Shown here: positions 1 to 11,980 of the stretch, piece by piece
How the letters are laid out: every line of letters begins with the position of its first letter
Numbering within the stretch: position 1 is the stretch's first letter
Source of the DNA: the human T2T-CHM13v2.0 reference genome, Homo sapiens
Length of the DNA stretch: 64,000 bases
Strand: one strand, 5' to 3'
NCBI RefSeq assembly: GCF_009914755.1
Contig: NC_060936.1
The notes under the pieces: generated by a model
The model's database searches: none
The model's input: the letters and a program-made list of their open reading frames with translations, nothing else
Told to the model about the DNA's origin: nothing
Position numbers and translations under genes: made by a program

Positions 1-629
1 TACATTGTCAGTGCTTATCTCATACTCATCTATTGATCCACTTAATACATGGAAAAAGAGTTTTAGTACTTGAAAGTTAGAAAAAAATACTACCTTTCAA
101 TTTGAATTTTTGAAAATTACTCATTGCCTTGGACTAAAATATTTTTATCAGGTAGTTTTTGTTTTGTTTTTCTTAACTCTCTATTCCCATTTTTTGAACA
201 TTTTTCCTTTTGGGATTGCAATATTTCTTATAAATTTCTATAGTTTTTTTTATGCTATGAGTATTGATTTAAACTCCATTATCTAAGTTCTGTTTTTTGG
301 TGAATATTTTTCCTAATAATTTAATGCATGATTAATAAATAATGAGCACCAGCTCACCAGATATTGTCAGGGGTGAAAGTTCTGAACCCAAGAGACAGAA
401 GTCTTGAATTTACAGTCTATATTTTAGTGGTGTATAGACATAGAGCAAATAGATGAATTTGTAGTTTCTCAGGTGGTGATGGTGCTTTGAAGAAAAATGA
501 GGAATAATAAGCAAGCTGGAAAATGGTAGGATATGGTCTTTTATATAGGGTGGTAATGGAAGGCCCCTCTGGCAAGATTATATTTGAGTAGAGACTATTA
601 GCAAGTACAGGTATTGGCCCTTATGGATC

Positions 630-789
630 TTTTTTTTTTTTTCTTATGTACTTATCACAGACTTTCCCCTAAACTCACCCCCATAGTGTTTTTTTTTTTT
701 ATTATTATACTTTAAGTTCTAGGGTACATGTGCACAATGTGCAGGTTTGTTACATATGTATACATGTGCCATGTAGGTGTGCTTCACCC
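630..789 (-). mobile_element. Very short L1PA 3' end with an extra 46 bp segment and a second poly(A)
   Basis: 701-789 matches the reverse-complement L1PA 3' UTR (attattatactttaagttctagggtacatgtgcac); T tracts at 630-642 and 689-700. Confidence 0.85.
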
Positions 790-1101
790 GTGAATCTTGA
801 GTGTGTGTGTGGGTAGAGAAAACAGTGTGAATGCCCTGAGATAAGATTGTGCTTGATGTGCTTTCAGAAAGTACAAAGATGTTTGGGTGCTGGAAGGGGT
901 AATCATGCAAATAATAGAGAGATACCAGGGGGCCACCCTACATAAGGCCCTGTAGGCCAAGGTAAGGATTTTGGATTTTACTCTTATTGACGTAGAAAGC
1001 TATTTTAAACAAGAGTGCCATGATTGTCATGAATTAAAAAAAAAAATCACTCTGACCTCTGTGGGGAAAATACACTGTATAGGGTGGGGAGAGACCAGTA
1101 G

Positions 1102-1511
<410 letters not shown>

Positions 1512-1840
1512 TGGATTCTGGTATATATTTCAAAGGCAGAGCTGACAGGGATTTCTGTCAGACTAACGTGAAGCATGAAGGAAAGGGAGTAGTTTAGATC
1601 TTTGGTCTGAAGAGCCTGAAAAATTTTCCATTTACTGACATAGGAAATCTGAGGGAAGAAAATGTTTGGAGAGGTGAGGGAATCAGTTTAGTTTGGGGAA
1701 GGTTAAATTTAAGAAGACTTTTAGTTATCCAGTTAGATAGTTGAATAGGCAGCTAGTACATGAACCTGGCATTAGGGGTTTGGGGCTGGCATACTTAAAC
1801 ATGTGGCTAGATGTGATCACCTTCAGAGTAAATGTAAATA

Positions 1841-2126
1841 GTATCATCCCTCCTTATCTGTATCTGCAGATTTGATCGACTGTGGATCAAAAATATTTGG
1901 GAAAAAAAAAACAATAAAAATAATATAGATAAAAAATACAATATAACAAGTATTTACATTTTGTTAGGTATAATAAATAGAGATGATATATAAAGTATGC
2001 AGAAGGATATGAAGAGATTATGTGTAAATACCATGCCATTTTATATAAGAGACTTGAGCATCTGCAGGTTTTGGTATTTGCCTGGGATCTGGAACCAATC
2101 CTGCATGGATACTGACAGACAACTCT
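1841..2126 (-). mobile_element. MER2-like Tigger-derived MITE
   Basis: ccattttatataagagacttgagcatctgcaggttttggtat...ctggaaccaatcc resembles reverse-complement MER2. Confidence 0.75.
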
Positions 2127-2149
2127 GGAGAAATTTGAGCCCTGAGAAG

Positions 2150-2320
2150 CAGTGCCCAACCACGGACTTGAGCTAGAATGCCCAGGTTTGAATCTCACTT
2201 CAACCAGCAGTGGGGCATGTTGTTTACTCTTAATGAACCTCAGTGTCCTTGTCTGTAAAACAAGGATAAACACAGTACTTATCTGTAATAGTTATTGTGA
2301 GGATCAAATCACTGTATTAA
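2150..2320 (+). mobile_element. MIR SINE fragment
   Basis: MIR core-like cctcagtgtccttgtctgtaaaa...gttattgtgaggatcaaat. Confidence 0.7.
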
Positions 2321-2854
2321 TATGAATATACACACATATATATGTATATATACACACACTACTTATAGCTATATTTTGTATATAGTACCAGTGGTTGCTA
2401 AATATTTTGACATTAAGACCCCTTTACACTCTCAGTCATTATTGTGGATCACAAAGAGCTTATGTTTATTGATATTTACCATATTAGAATATAAAACTGA
2501 GAAATTTAAAAAATGTTTAACTCATTTAAGAAACTATTGTAAACCCTTACATATTGGATAATATTTTGGGAAACATAGCTATATTTTCCAAAATAAAAAC
2601 AAATTTAGTGAGAAGAATGACATTGTTTTATCATTTTGCAAATCTTTTTACTCTCTGTCTTCATGGAAGACAGCTGTATTCTCTTATCTCCTTGTTTATT
2701 CAGTCTTTGGTGATATCATAGGTCATGCAACCTCTGGAAAACCCCAGTGTATATTCATGAGAGAATGAGAGTGAAAAAGAGAATATCTCAGTAGTTTTAT
2801 GAAAATAGCTTATGAACTCTCTAAAAGGGTTGCAGGAATACTCAGTTCATTACA

Positions 2855-4004
2855 TTTCTTTTGCTGTGGTAATGGCCTTCATTCCTTGGCTCATGGTCCT
2901 CTTCCATCTTCAAAGCCAGAAATGGCTGTTTGAGTCTTTCTTATATTGCATCACTGAAAAGGGAAAGGTTTCCCTATCCCCCTTGCAGGGTGTGTAATGG
3001 GGGTGTGGCTTGCTTCTTTGGTGGCCCGCTACTTATACCTGTAAGGGAGCATACAGATGGGCAGGTTGTGGGGCTCCAACCCCATGGCAGTGTCTAGGGG
3101 TGAATGTTTACAGCTCCTGAGGCTGCAGTGGGTGTGTGTTATCATGTGCTCTTTTAGTTTAGCCATCTGCGGGCTGCTTGTGTTAGTCAGCTTAATTAGA
3201 CCCCCTGCCTATGGCAAGGACAGAGGGCTTTCTGTATCCCGAGGTTCTTGCCTTTGTGTACTGGAAGAATTGGATCCCATGTGGGCTTGGAGAATGAGTG
3301 CAAGGTTTTATTGAGTGAAGGTAGTTTTCAGCAGATGGGGTAGCCAGAAGGGAGATGGAGTGGGAAGGTTGTTTTCCCCTGGAGTTGGGTTGCTCAGTGA
3401 TGCGGGCTTTCTTCTGTCCACCCCAATCAAACCCTGTGTCATTCTGCCAGTCGATGGTCTGCTGCCTTGCTGACGTCTGTTGGTGTGCTTTTCCACTGGC
3501 GTCCTCTCAACGTCCAGCCACTACATCTTCTTCTGCTGATGTGCTCCCCTTGAAATCCAGCTGCTTGTGTGTCTGCCTGCTAGGGTCTCAGGGATTTTAT
3601 AAGCATAGGATGGGGGCATGGCAGGCCAGGGTGGTCTTGGGAGATGCAACATTTGGGTGTGAAGGCAGGAGTGCCTGTCCTCACCTAGGCCCATGGGCAC
3701 AGGTCTGGGGGTGGAGCCCTAGCCAAGGACCATGCCCTTCCCATCCCAGCACTTTCCGGCCCCCCTCCCATATCATCACTTTGATACTAACTCTTCTGGC
3801 TCCCTGTTCCACATTTAAGGACTTTTGTGATGACATTAAACTCACCAGAATAATCCAGGATAATCTCCCTATTTTAAAACCATCTGATTAGTAACATTGA
3901 TTTCATTAACTACCTTAGTTCCTTTGTCTTGTAACCTGATGTCTCCATAGGTTCCAGAAATTAGGATGTACTTGTTTTTAGGATGCCATTATTCTGCCTA
4001 TTAC
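2855..4004 (-). mobile_element. MLT1 (MaLR) LTR fragment split by LTR1
   Basis: cattccttggctcatggtcctcttccatcttcaaagccag on the left; ataatccaggataatctccctatttt...ccattattctgcctattaca on the right. Confidence 0.75.
2955..3775 (-). mobile_element. LTR1-family (ERV1) solo LTR
   Basis: TGA...TCA termini; 4 bp TSD tcac (2951-2954 and 3776-3779); reverse complement resembles the recalled LTR1 start (tgatatgggagggggg...ctagggctccacccc...ctaggtgaggacaggcactcctg). Confidence 0.8.
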
Positions 4005-4274
4005 ACTTAGGATTCCTTGACCACACTTTGAAAACTATAGTTCTGTGTAGATGTTTCCTGCTATTATTTCATCATCCTCATTATTTCTGAAATTTGAGGT
4101 ACTTCCACATGTTGAGAGATGTGGAGGAACTAGTAAAAGGAGGCTGAGAATGTGTGGCTAGTGGGTTTGCCATCCAGGCCAAGAAAAGTCTGTTTAAAGG
4201 CAACAGTAGTTAACTGTGGCAAATGCTGCTGAAGGTTATCTAAAATCAGGACTAAGAAAAGACTGTTGTGTAGA

Positions 4275-4764
4275 TGTATTAGGCAAAATATTGCCCTCTT
4301 AAGATGTCCACCTCCTAAATTCCAGAATCTGTGAATATGTTGCATGTCAAGAGATTCTTTAAAATAGGTGTAATTACGATCTCAGACCTCAAAGTAGAGA
4401 GATTCTCTTGGATTCCCCTGATAGCCCCAGACAAATTACATAATTCCTTAAAAATATCGAACCTTTTCTGGCTGTGGTGAGAGACACAAAGAAGCCTGAG
4501 AAGAATTTGATGCCCTGTTGTTTCTGAGATGCAGAAACTGTGTGCAAAGAACTGAATTTTGTCAACAGTTCAAATTAAGAAACAAAAGAAGCCCTTCCCT
4601 AGAGCCTCCAGATAGAAAGGCAGTCCTCCCTACCAGCATCTTCATTTTAACCCAGTGAGACATGTTGACTTCTGACTTATAGAACTGTAAGATAATAAAT
4701 GTGTGTTGTTTTAAGCCACTGAGTTTATAGTAATTTGTTATGACAGCAATGGAAAACTAATATA
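4275..4764 (+). mobile_element. MLT1 (D/E-like) solo LTR within L2-like sequence
   Basis: Typical MLT1 end gaactgtaagataataaatgtgtgttgttttaagccactgagttt...cagcaatggaaaactaata. Confidence 0.8.
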
Positions 4765-5569
4765 GTAGGCCATTTGTTATGTCAGTGGCCAGTTGTGGCA
4801 TAGTGGTGGGGATGAAAGTCTGTTGGAGTGGATTTAAGAGAATGAGAGGAAAGGAAGTGGAATCAGGATGAGTATAGAAAATTCTTCAGTGTATGAGGGG
4901 CAAGAGAAGATTTATTTATTTTTTTGCTGAAAAATATTATAGCAAGCTTCTGTCATGGGATTGATGCAGTTGAGTGGGAAAATTGATGACCAAGTGAAAG
5001 AGAGGCCTTGAAGGTTGAAGATGGGGAGAGCAATACCCCTGAGTAGATGAGGGAATATAGGATCTAGTGGATAAGTATGGGGTGTTATCTTTAGATGGAA
5101 CAAAGTTCTTGCAGTAATAGTAGGGAAGACTACATATGTGGGTTCAGGTACATACAGACTAGTGGATGTAATAGGCATATGTGGAAAGGCATTTCTGTTA
5201 GCTTCCATTTTATAAGAATGGAGTAAAGAGAGTTGAGGAGATATTGGAGGTTTGAGTGTGAAGAAAATGTGAAATAGGCTGAAGTTTGTAGACAGACAGA
5301 ATCACTAATACTGCATATCATGCCTTTTTATTTGACATAGCCAGATAACCTTAGATATTCCTCTTAGGAGTCTGGCCTATCAAACTTAAGGCATTGAAGA
5401 GTAGAAAATGCATGTTTTGTGTAGTCAGGGATATGTTTGGTGGGGATGGGGAGGTGGAGAGAGAGATTGAGAGACATTGAGCAAAGAAAGTAATAAAAGA
5501 AATATGTTGAGAGAGACTGAAATAGAGTGAGAGCAGGAGATATACACATACATTGACATATATTGTGTA

Positions 5570-5589
5570 ATATATATATATATATATAT
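5570..5589. repeat. (TA)n microsatellite
   Basis: Direct read. Confidence 0.9.
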
Positions 5590-6999
5590 TCAAATACATA
5601 TACAACCCCTCTTAATGTCCCTATCAATTTATCACATATAATAAACAGCATAATGTAATATATACACATATGTTCATATGTGCAAGCACACATATTCATT
5701 CGCATAGCCATATATCATATGTATATATGGAGGTGGGAATGGGAGAGTAGAAGGAGGAGCTTGAGGGAGAGAGTTTGAGAGGAATGATACTGAGCCATAC
5801 ATTCTCAACTTTTCCTTACCAACTCAAGGATTCAGGTCACCTCACCTTTTATGTGTAGAGAGGGAGAGAGAAAGGGTGGGGTAAGAGGTCAAGAGAGTTG
5901 TTGAGTTTCCTATTACACAGAAAAATGAGCTTAGGGAAAAGGTGTCTCCAACAGTTCAATTTCTTTACCTGTACTTTCATTATTTATAAAATATGGAGGG
6001 GAGAGGAATGTTCCTTTTTCATCTTTATGGTCTTTTCTGGTTCTATAATTATACAACTAAATTTATGTAACTGGTTTGATAGCAAATTTTATACAGCAAA
6101 TTCTTATGGAATATTTGTTTCTCATTTTATAAAACGACTTCTCTAGAAATAATGTATCATCTGACCTTTTGGTACACTGGTAATTTTGTAGTCCTATCTA
6201 GGCTGATGCCTCTGTTTTTTGACAGACACTATGCATTATTCTAACATTAATTTTAGGAAAATTGACATTACTTTTCTAAGAGTGAGGTAATGTTTTTGCT
6301 GGCTTGCCAGCTACTTTTGCCAGGATAGGAGAGAGAGAAAAATAGCATCTGAAAGATGTGATTCATATTTTATAAGTCACAAATAATTTTTTCTGGTATT
6401 TTAAATTCATATCTAAAATAGTTATTTTATTTTGGAACCAATAGATATTTTAACAAAAGGAAAAAAAATAGTGCAGTGTGAAATTTTTGGAGCATACTTG
6501 TAATAAGAAATCAAAGTTATACTAAAGAGGTAACATTTATATAAGAATCCAATGTAGTCACTAGCAAACTTAAAAAAATCTTACTTGGAGTTAATAAAAC
6601 CACATACTAATCATTGCTTGACTAGTTTTATAAGGAAATAGTGAAATTTGGTGATCTTTTTGCCAACAGATAATATTTGCCTATTTTTCCTTCTGTTTAC
6701 TTTTCATCATCATTAAACTCCAATGAATATGTATTAGAAAAAACATTATCTCTGTGGTAAAATATAGAGTAGAAGAAGTTTCCCTGTAGCAATGGGCCTT
6801 CTTTCCATTTCTATGAATATTTTACTCTCATTTGAAAAAGATTTATTTCATATGTGTCATATGCTTATCCATATTCACCATCAAATTTTATCGGCATATA
6901 TAGTCTTCACTCTGAGACAGAAGGTTATGATAAAATCTCTTTATTATCCTCCCAGTTGTCATCAAAAATAAAAGGAAGACTCTGAGGAAAACTAATGTT

Positions 7000-7110
7000 T
7001 CCTGACTGGTTACTATGTGCAAGGCACTATGCTATCTACTTTGAATGCATTTTCACAATAACCCTGTGAGATTGTTGTTATCTGTTTTACAGATGAGGAA
7101 AATCAAGTTT
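7000..7110 (-). mobile_element. MIR fragment
   Basis: tactatgtgcaaggcactatgct...ttttacagatgaggaaa. Confidence 0.7.
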
Positions 7111-8957
7111 AGCTATTAGCCTTTGAATGAGGGTTTTCTTTTAGACCCATGAGCCTTCCACTATTTTCTCCCTCAGTAAATATTTTCTAAACATTGGTTG
7201 TTTATATCCATTGCTTAATGTCAGCCAGATGCCAGTAGACAGAGAAGGCATCTGCCTACACTGAGTTGAGGGGAAGCTGGTATTATTATTTCCTCTCAAT
7301 ATGTCAGCCTTTGTTCCTCAGCTTTGGTGTCAGCAACCTCATCATTAGAAATTTATTTCATTGAGTTAGGTTTCTAAGATAGACACTTAGTATTTTATTA
7401 TTTTAAGGTTAATAATATATTTTTTGAAATGGCAACATCTTCATGCAGTTCAGAATTTTAAAAAGTACAAAAGGCTATACAGTATAAGGCCCCCTTCCCA
7501 TGGTATCTGCTGCCCACTTTTCCTTTCTTGTGTCAGCCAATGTTAGCAATTTCTTATATATCCTTCCAAATATATTTTAGGTATATATATACAAATTTAC
7601 TGTGTATATGTGTATGCGTGTGTTTGTGTGTATGTATACATACATATATATTCATGTTTTAATATAAAATTTATCATACTTTTTCACTTAACATAACTTA
7701 GATTATGTCAGTATAGTAAGAGCTGCTTCTTAATAATCTATTTAATGGGTGTACTATCATTTATTTAACAAGTTCCCTATATTGAACATTTAAGTGTTTT
7801 CTGACCTTTTACTACAGTTACCTTATGTATTTAGATACTGTTATTAAATATGGAAACTGAGACTTTTATAGCTATTTATTCACTTACTATCTACACTTAC
7901 TGCAGTGTAAGCTCTAAGCACAGGTAATGTCTCAATTAAAACAAAAAACTCTTACCAAATTACAAATAAACATAGTTTAAAGAGCCATTTCTAAAGCTTT
8001 TTTTAATGAAAAACACTATTCACAGGTCCTTTCTCCTTCCTGCCATTTTTCTGGTGCCCCAACAGCAATTACTTTCAACTTTTAAAATTAATATTTATGA
8101 CCATGTTTTTAAATAACATACTTTACAATATTTCTGCTTCTTGATTTTTCGGATCTTATGTATTTTTACCTCTGACCCAAACCTAGGAGTTCCTTTATTC
8201 CTCCAATATAGTTGTATCATAAATTTGACTAGATCAGTATTCAGTCTTTACAGTATAATGGTTATGTCAGTGCCATTGATCCCTGAATTATATCACATAT
8301 TATGATTAATTTTTTCTTCCTGAACAACTTTTTATCTTTAAATGAATATTGTCTTTTATGCATTTTTATTCATTGTGATTTTTTTCCATGCAATTTTTTT
8401 TTGGCTAATTTTTATTGTGATCTTATATATATTTGATCTTAATTAACCGAGTTCTTGGGACTTAATTGACACTTCTGTCTCTCACAGGTGAATTTGTGGT
8501 TAGTTCTGTTGAGAGCTGTGAATCTCAAGTGTCCTGGCGCTATGCTGGTTATACATCCCAGGGTCTTTAGTGTAGTTGTCTATAACTAGTTATTGTAATT
8601 TGTTGCCACCCCAGTGCGTGTTTTTCTGATTGAAAACCATATAAAAACCTTTGTTCTTGAGACAGCCTTGACTTTTAGAAGTGTTTTCTCTATAAAAATC
8701 AAGTTACAGTTCGGTTTTGGGTTTTGGACTCTTGGAAATTTCCCTTCTTGTAAGCCAAGTACTACTCTAAGCATTAAGCTATGTTACGATTTAGTTGTGT
8801 TTTTACTGGAGACACTTTTAAGTATAAAATAGTGCTGGAGATGAGTTTCTGGGCCTATATTTGTCTATTGTCTAGAAACTCTAACCGTCCCTTCAGTGTG
8901 TAGTATTTAGTTATGGGAAATTTATTGAATTCGTTTTTTGCTTTTTTATTTTTTTAT

Positions 8958-9421
8958 ATTTACCAGTTTATTAAGAAGAATATTTTAGAGAATACAAATA
9001 AAATAGCTAGATGGAGAGATACATAGGGCAAGGTATGGGAAAAGGGCATGGAGCTTCCATGTGCTCCCTGGGATTGCCACCCTCCAGGAACCTTCATGTG
9101 TCCAGTTATCTGGAAGCTCTCCAAACCCTGTCCTCTTGGTTATTTATAGTGGCTTTATGAGGTAGGCATGATGATTAAACTGTTGGCCATTGGTGATCAA
9201 CTTGACCTTCAACCTCTATCCTTTCCCTTGATGTTGGGGGACGGGACTGAATGTCCCGAACCTCTAATCCTGCCTTGGTCTTTCTGGTGACCAGCCCTAC
9301 CCTGAACCTATCAGACAAAAGACACATAAAAGACAACACTTTGGAGACCCCAAGGATTTTAGGAGTTATGAGCTAGGAACTGGCAGTGAAAATCAGTATA
9401 TATGTATATATCATAATACTG
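8958..9421 (-). mobile_element. MER21-like LTR (partial 3' LTR of an ERVL-class provirus)
   Basis: ggccattggtgatcaacttgaccttc...ctctaatcctgccttggtctttctggtgaccagccc; abuts internal sequence. Confidence 0.7.
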
Positions 9422-10930
9422 GAGGCCATCCTCTGGTTTTTGACCATGGATTTCTCACATCAAAAGAATATACATAATTATTAATAATTTGTTCAGTCCA
9501 TCATATTGTTTGGGGGTCTCCCAGGGTGAGGCCATTCACGTTTGCAGATTTCCTATCAATCTTCTCAGATTCCAGAAGCAGAAGTGGTCCTGACAAATGC
9601 ACAGCTTTATTTACCCTTTCAGGGATCTGGAACAATTGAGCTAAGAGACAGTATCATCTCTTGCTCTGAGACTCTTTAGAGTTGTTAATGTAATATGGAA
9701 TTTCCTTCAGTTAATAACCCACTTATTCATTTCTTTACTCTCAGCTGTTACTTCTTCTTCTGTCCATTAGTACCCTATCTTTTTCACCTTTGGAAGGGAC
9801 ATTAGAATTGCTGCTGTGTTGGTCTGGATTGCAGGGAGCAGGTTAAGTTTACCAAGTACCTCTTCCTCAGTCCATTCCCATTCAGATTAGGTACAGTTAC
9901 TTAGGTACAATACTAGTGAGCTATTTTTACCACCAGACAATATAGCTACATTCACTTTTAACCCCAATTTTGCTAGATGGGGGTGAAGATGTAACCCACC
10001 CCCATCAGGCCCTTTAGAAATTATGAAATGAGGTTTAAAAACATACTGACAATTCCTTGCTTAGAAATCACCCATGCTTCCAGCATTTGTAGTTGCAGCT
10101 CTGGTCCTAGGACCACTATATCAGGTAGGGGAAAAAAAGATATTTTTAAAAAGTGATTTGAGGAAGAAATATAAAAATGCAGTTGTTATATCAGTGTATT
10201 TCTCCCTTGGCAAGAATTGTATAGTGTGCATCACCCCCTCTCCCCCAGATCAGCCAGAAAAACAGAAATCTAGTGGGGACACTCCTTTAGTCCCACTTAT
10301 GTTAAGTGTGAGCACACACTTGTGAAGGCATGTAAGCCAACCATTCATGCCTTTATTTCCCTGTTTTAGACAACCAAGGTTTCAACTGCCCATCTACTTC
10401 TCTATCAGACTATTACATTACTCTAAGGAGGCCATCTCTCTGTCCATTGTTGGACATTATGGGCTGCACAGTGTGTTCCTTGGTGTGAAGAAATGATGGT
10501 CAACTATCCAAATTCATACAGTATCTTCTACTCTGGTGGAATACTGTCAATTCCTGTCAAGACCCATGTGTAGCCCTCCAGGGCTACCAGCATCGGTCTC
10601 ATTTGCCAGCTATGTTTAGGGCCACCAGGGAATTTGCTCCATAGCCATCTGCAGCCTCTGTCTCCCTTATTGACAAATAGAACAGTTCCTACTGGCATTA
10701 TGTATCTGAGAGTGTGCAAAAGGAACATGCCTAGATTCAGCCCACGTCTGCACTGCTGCAGTGCCCGCGTACCCACTCATGTCGTAGACCCAGGTGGCCA
10801 CCCCAAGGCAGCACACAGGGATATCTGCTTGTTGATTTCAGTCACCTTCCAAACATGGAAAGGAGTTCTGATGAGCATTGACTTGTTCTGTTTTAATGCA
10901 TCCCTCAAAATGTTGATAGCACCATGATCT
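9422..10930 (-). mobile_element. ERVL-class internal region with decayed integrase
   Basis: Minus-strand translation gives ATWVYDMSGY...NCSICQ*, WVLTGID and ISSHQGTHCAAHNVQQW, colinear with ERVL integrase motifs; stops and frameshifts present. Confidence 0.8.
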
Positions 10931-11037
10931 ACATGAACCTTGAATTATTTTTGATGTGTTACTGTTTTGTTTTCTCTCTTCTTTCTGTAACAACTATTGT
11001 TTGGTTGCTCGATCTACTGAATTGCCTGTTTTATTGA

Positions 11038-11392
<355 letters not shown>

Positions 11393-11811
11393 AATCTTAT
11401 TTTTCAATTGATATTTTTATATGAATTACTATGTTTTGTATTTCCAAGAGCTTTATTTTTTGTTGTTCTTTGAGTCTTCTATTTTTATAGCATTTGGTTC
11501 TTGTTTTATGAGTGTCATATCTTCTCTTATTTCTTTGAGGATGTTAATATTATTTTTTATTCCTATATAATGTTTCTTCTAACTGTGCTTTTTCCTTTTC
11601 TGTTATTGTCTGATGATATTTGTCTTTCATTTAGAAGCTTTCTCTAAATGTTTTGTTTTCCAGAGGTATCTTTTATTTAGGAATAGGGCGCAAAAGGTTG
11701 TTTGGAAGCTCTATGCTGACAAATGGGGCATGATGTAGAGCAGACTTGACTGTATAGTTATAATGACGAGGCTGTTTATTGTCAGCCCTCTCCCACTGTC
11801 AGTGTCTTTGA

Positions 11812-11980
11812 GCAGGGCTAGTTTTATGAGTGTACAACCTCTGTATTTGCACAGGGCCCTATGCTTATAAGGGCCTCATGCTTGGTTTAATCTACTATTG
11901 ACATCTTTAATTTCTTAGTTTTTGAGTAAGGTTTCCACATTTTTATTTTATACTGAGTCTCAAAAATTATTTAGCTGGTC
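11812..11980. mobile_element. MER91-like hAT MITE
   Basis: cagggctagttttatg...gcacagggccctatgcttataagggcctcatgcttggtttaat. Confidence 0.6.

Larger units (their letters stand above)
2389..4042. mobile_element. hAT-Charlie-type DNA transposon split by MLT1 and LTR1 insertions (own sequence about 2389-2845 and 4008-4042)
   Basis: Starts cagtggttgctaaa...gacccctttacactct; the matching end gaccacactttgaaaact appears only after about 4010. Confidence 0.6.

Noticed and set aside
3355-3891. 178 aa ORF, the longest in the window
   Set aside because: Lies antisense in a GC-rich LTR and runs into MLT1; no protein family features
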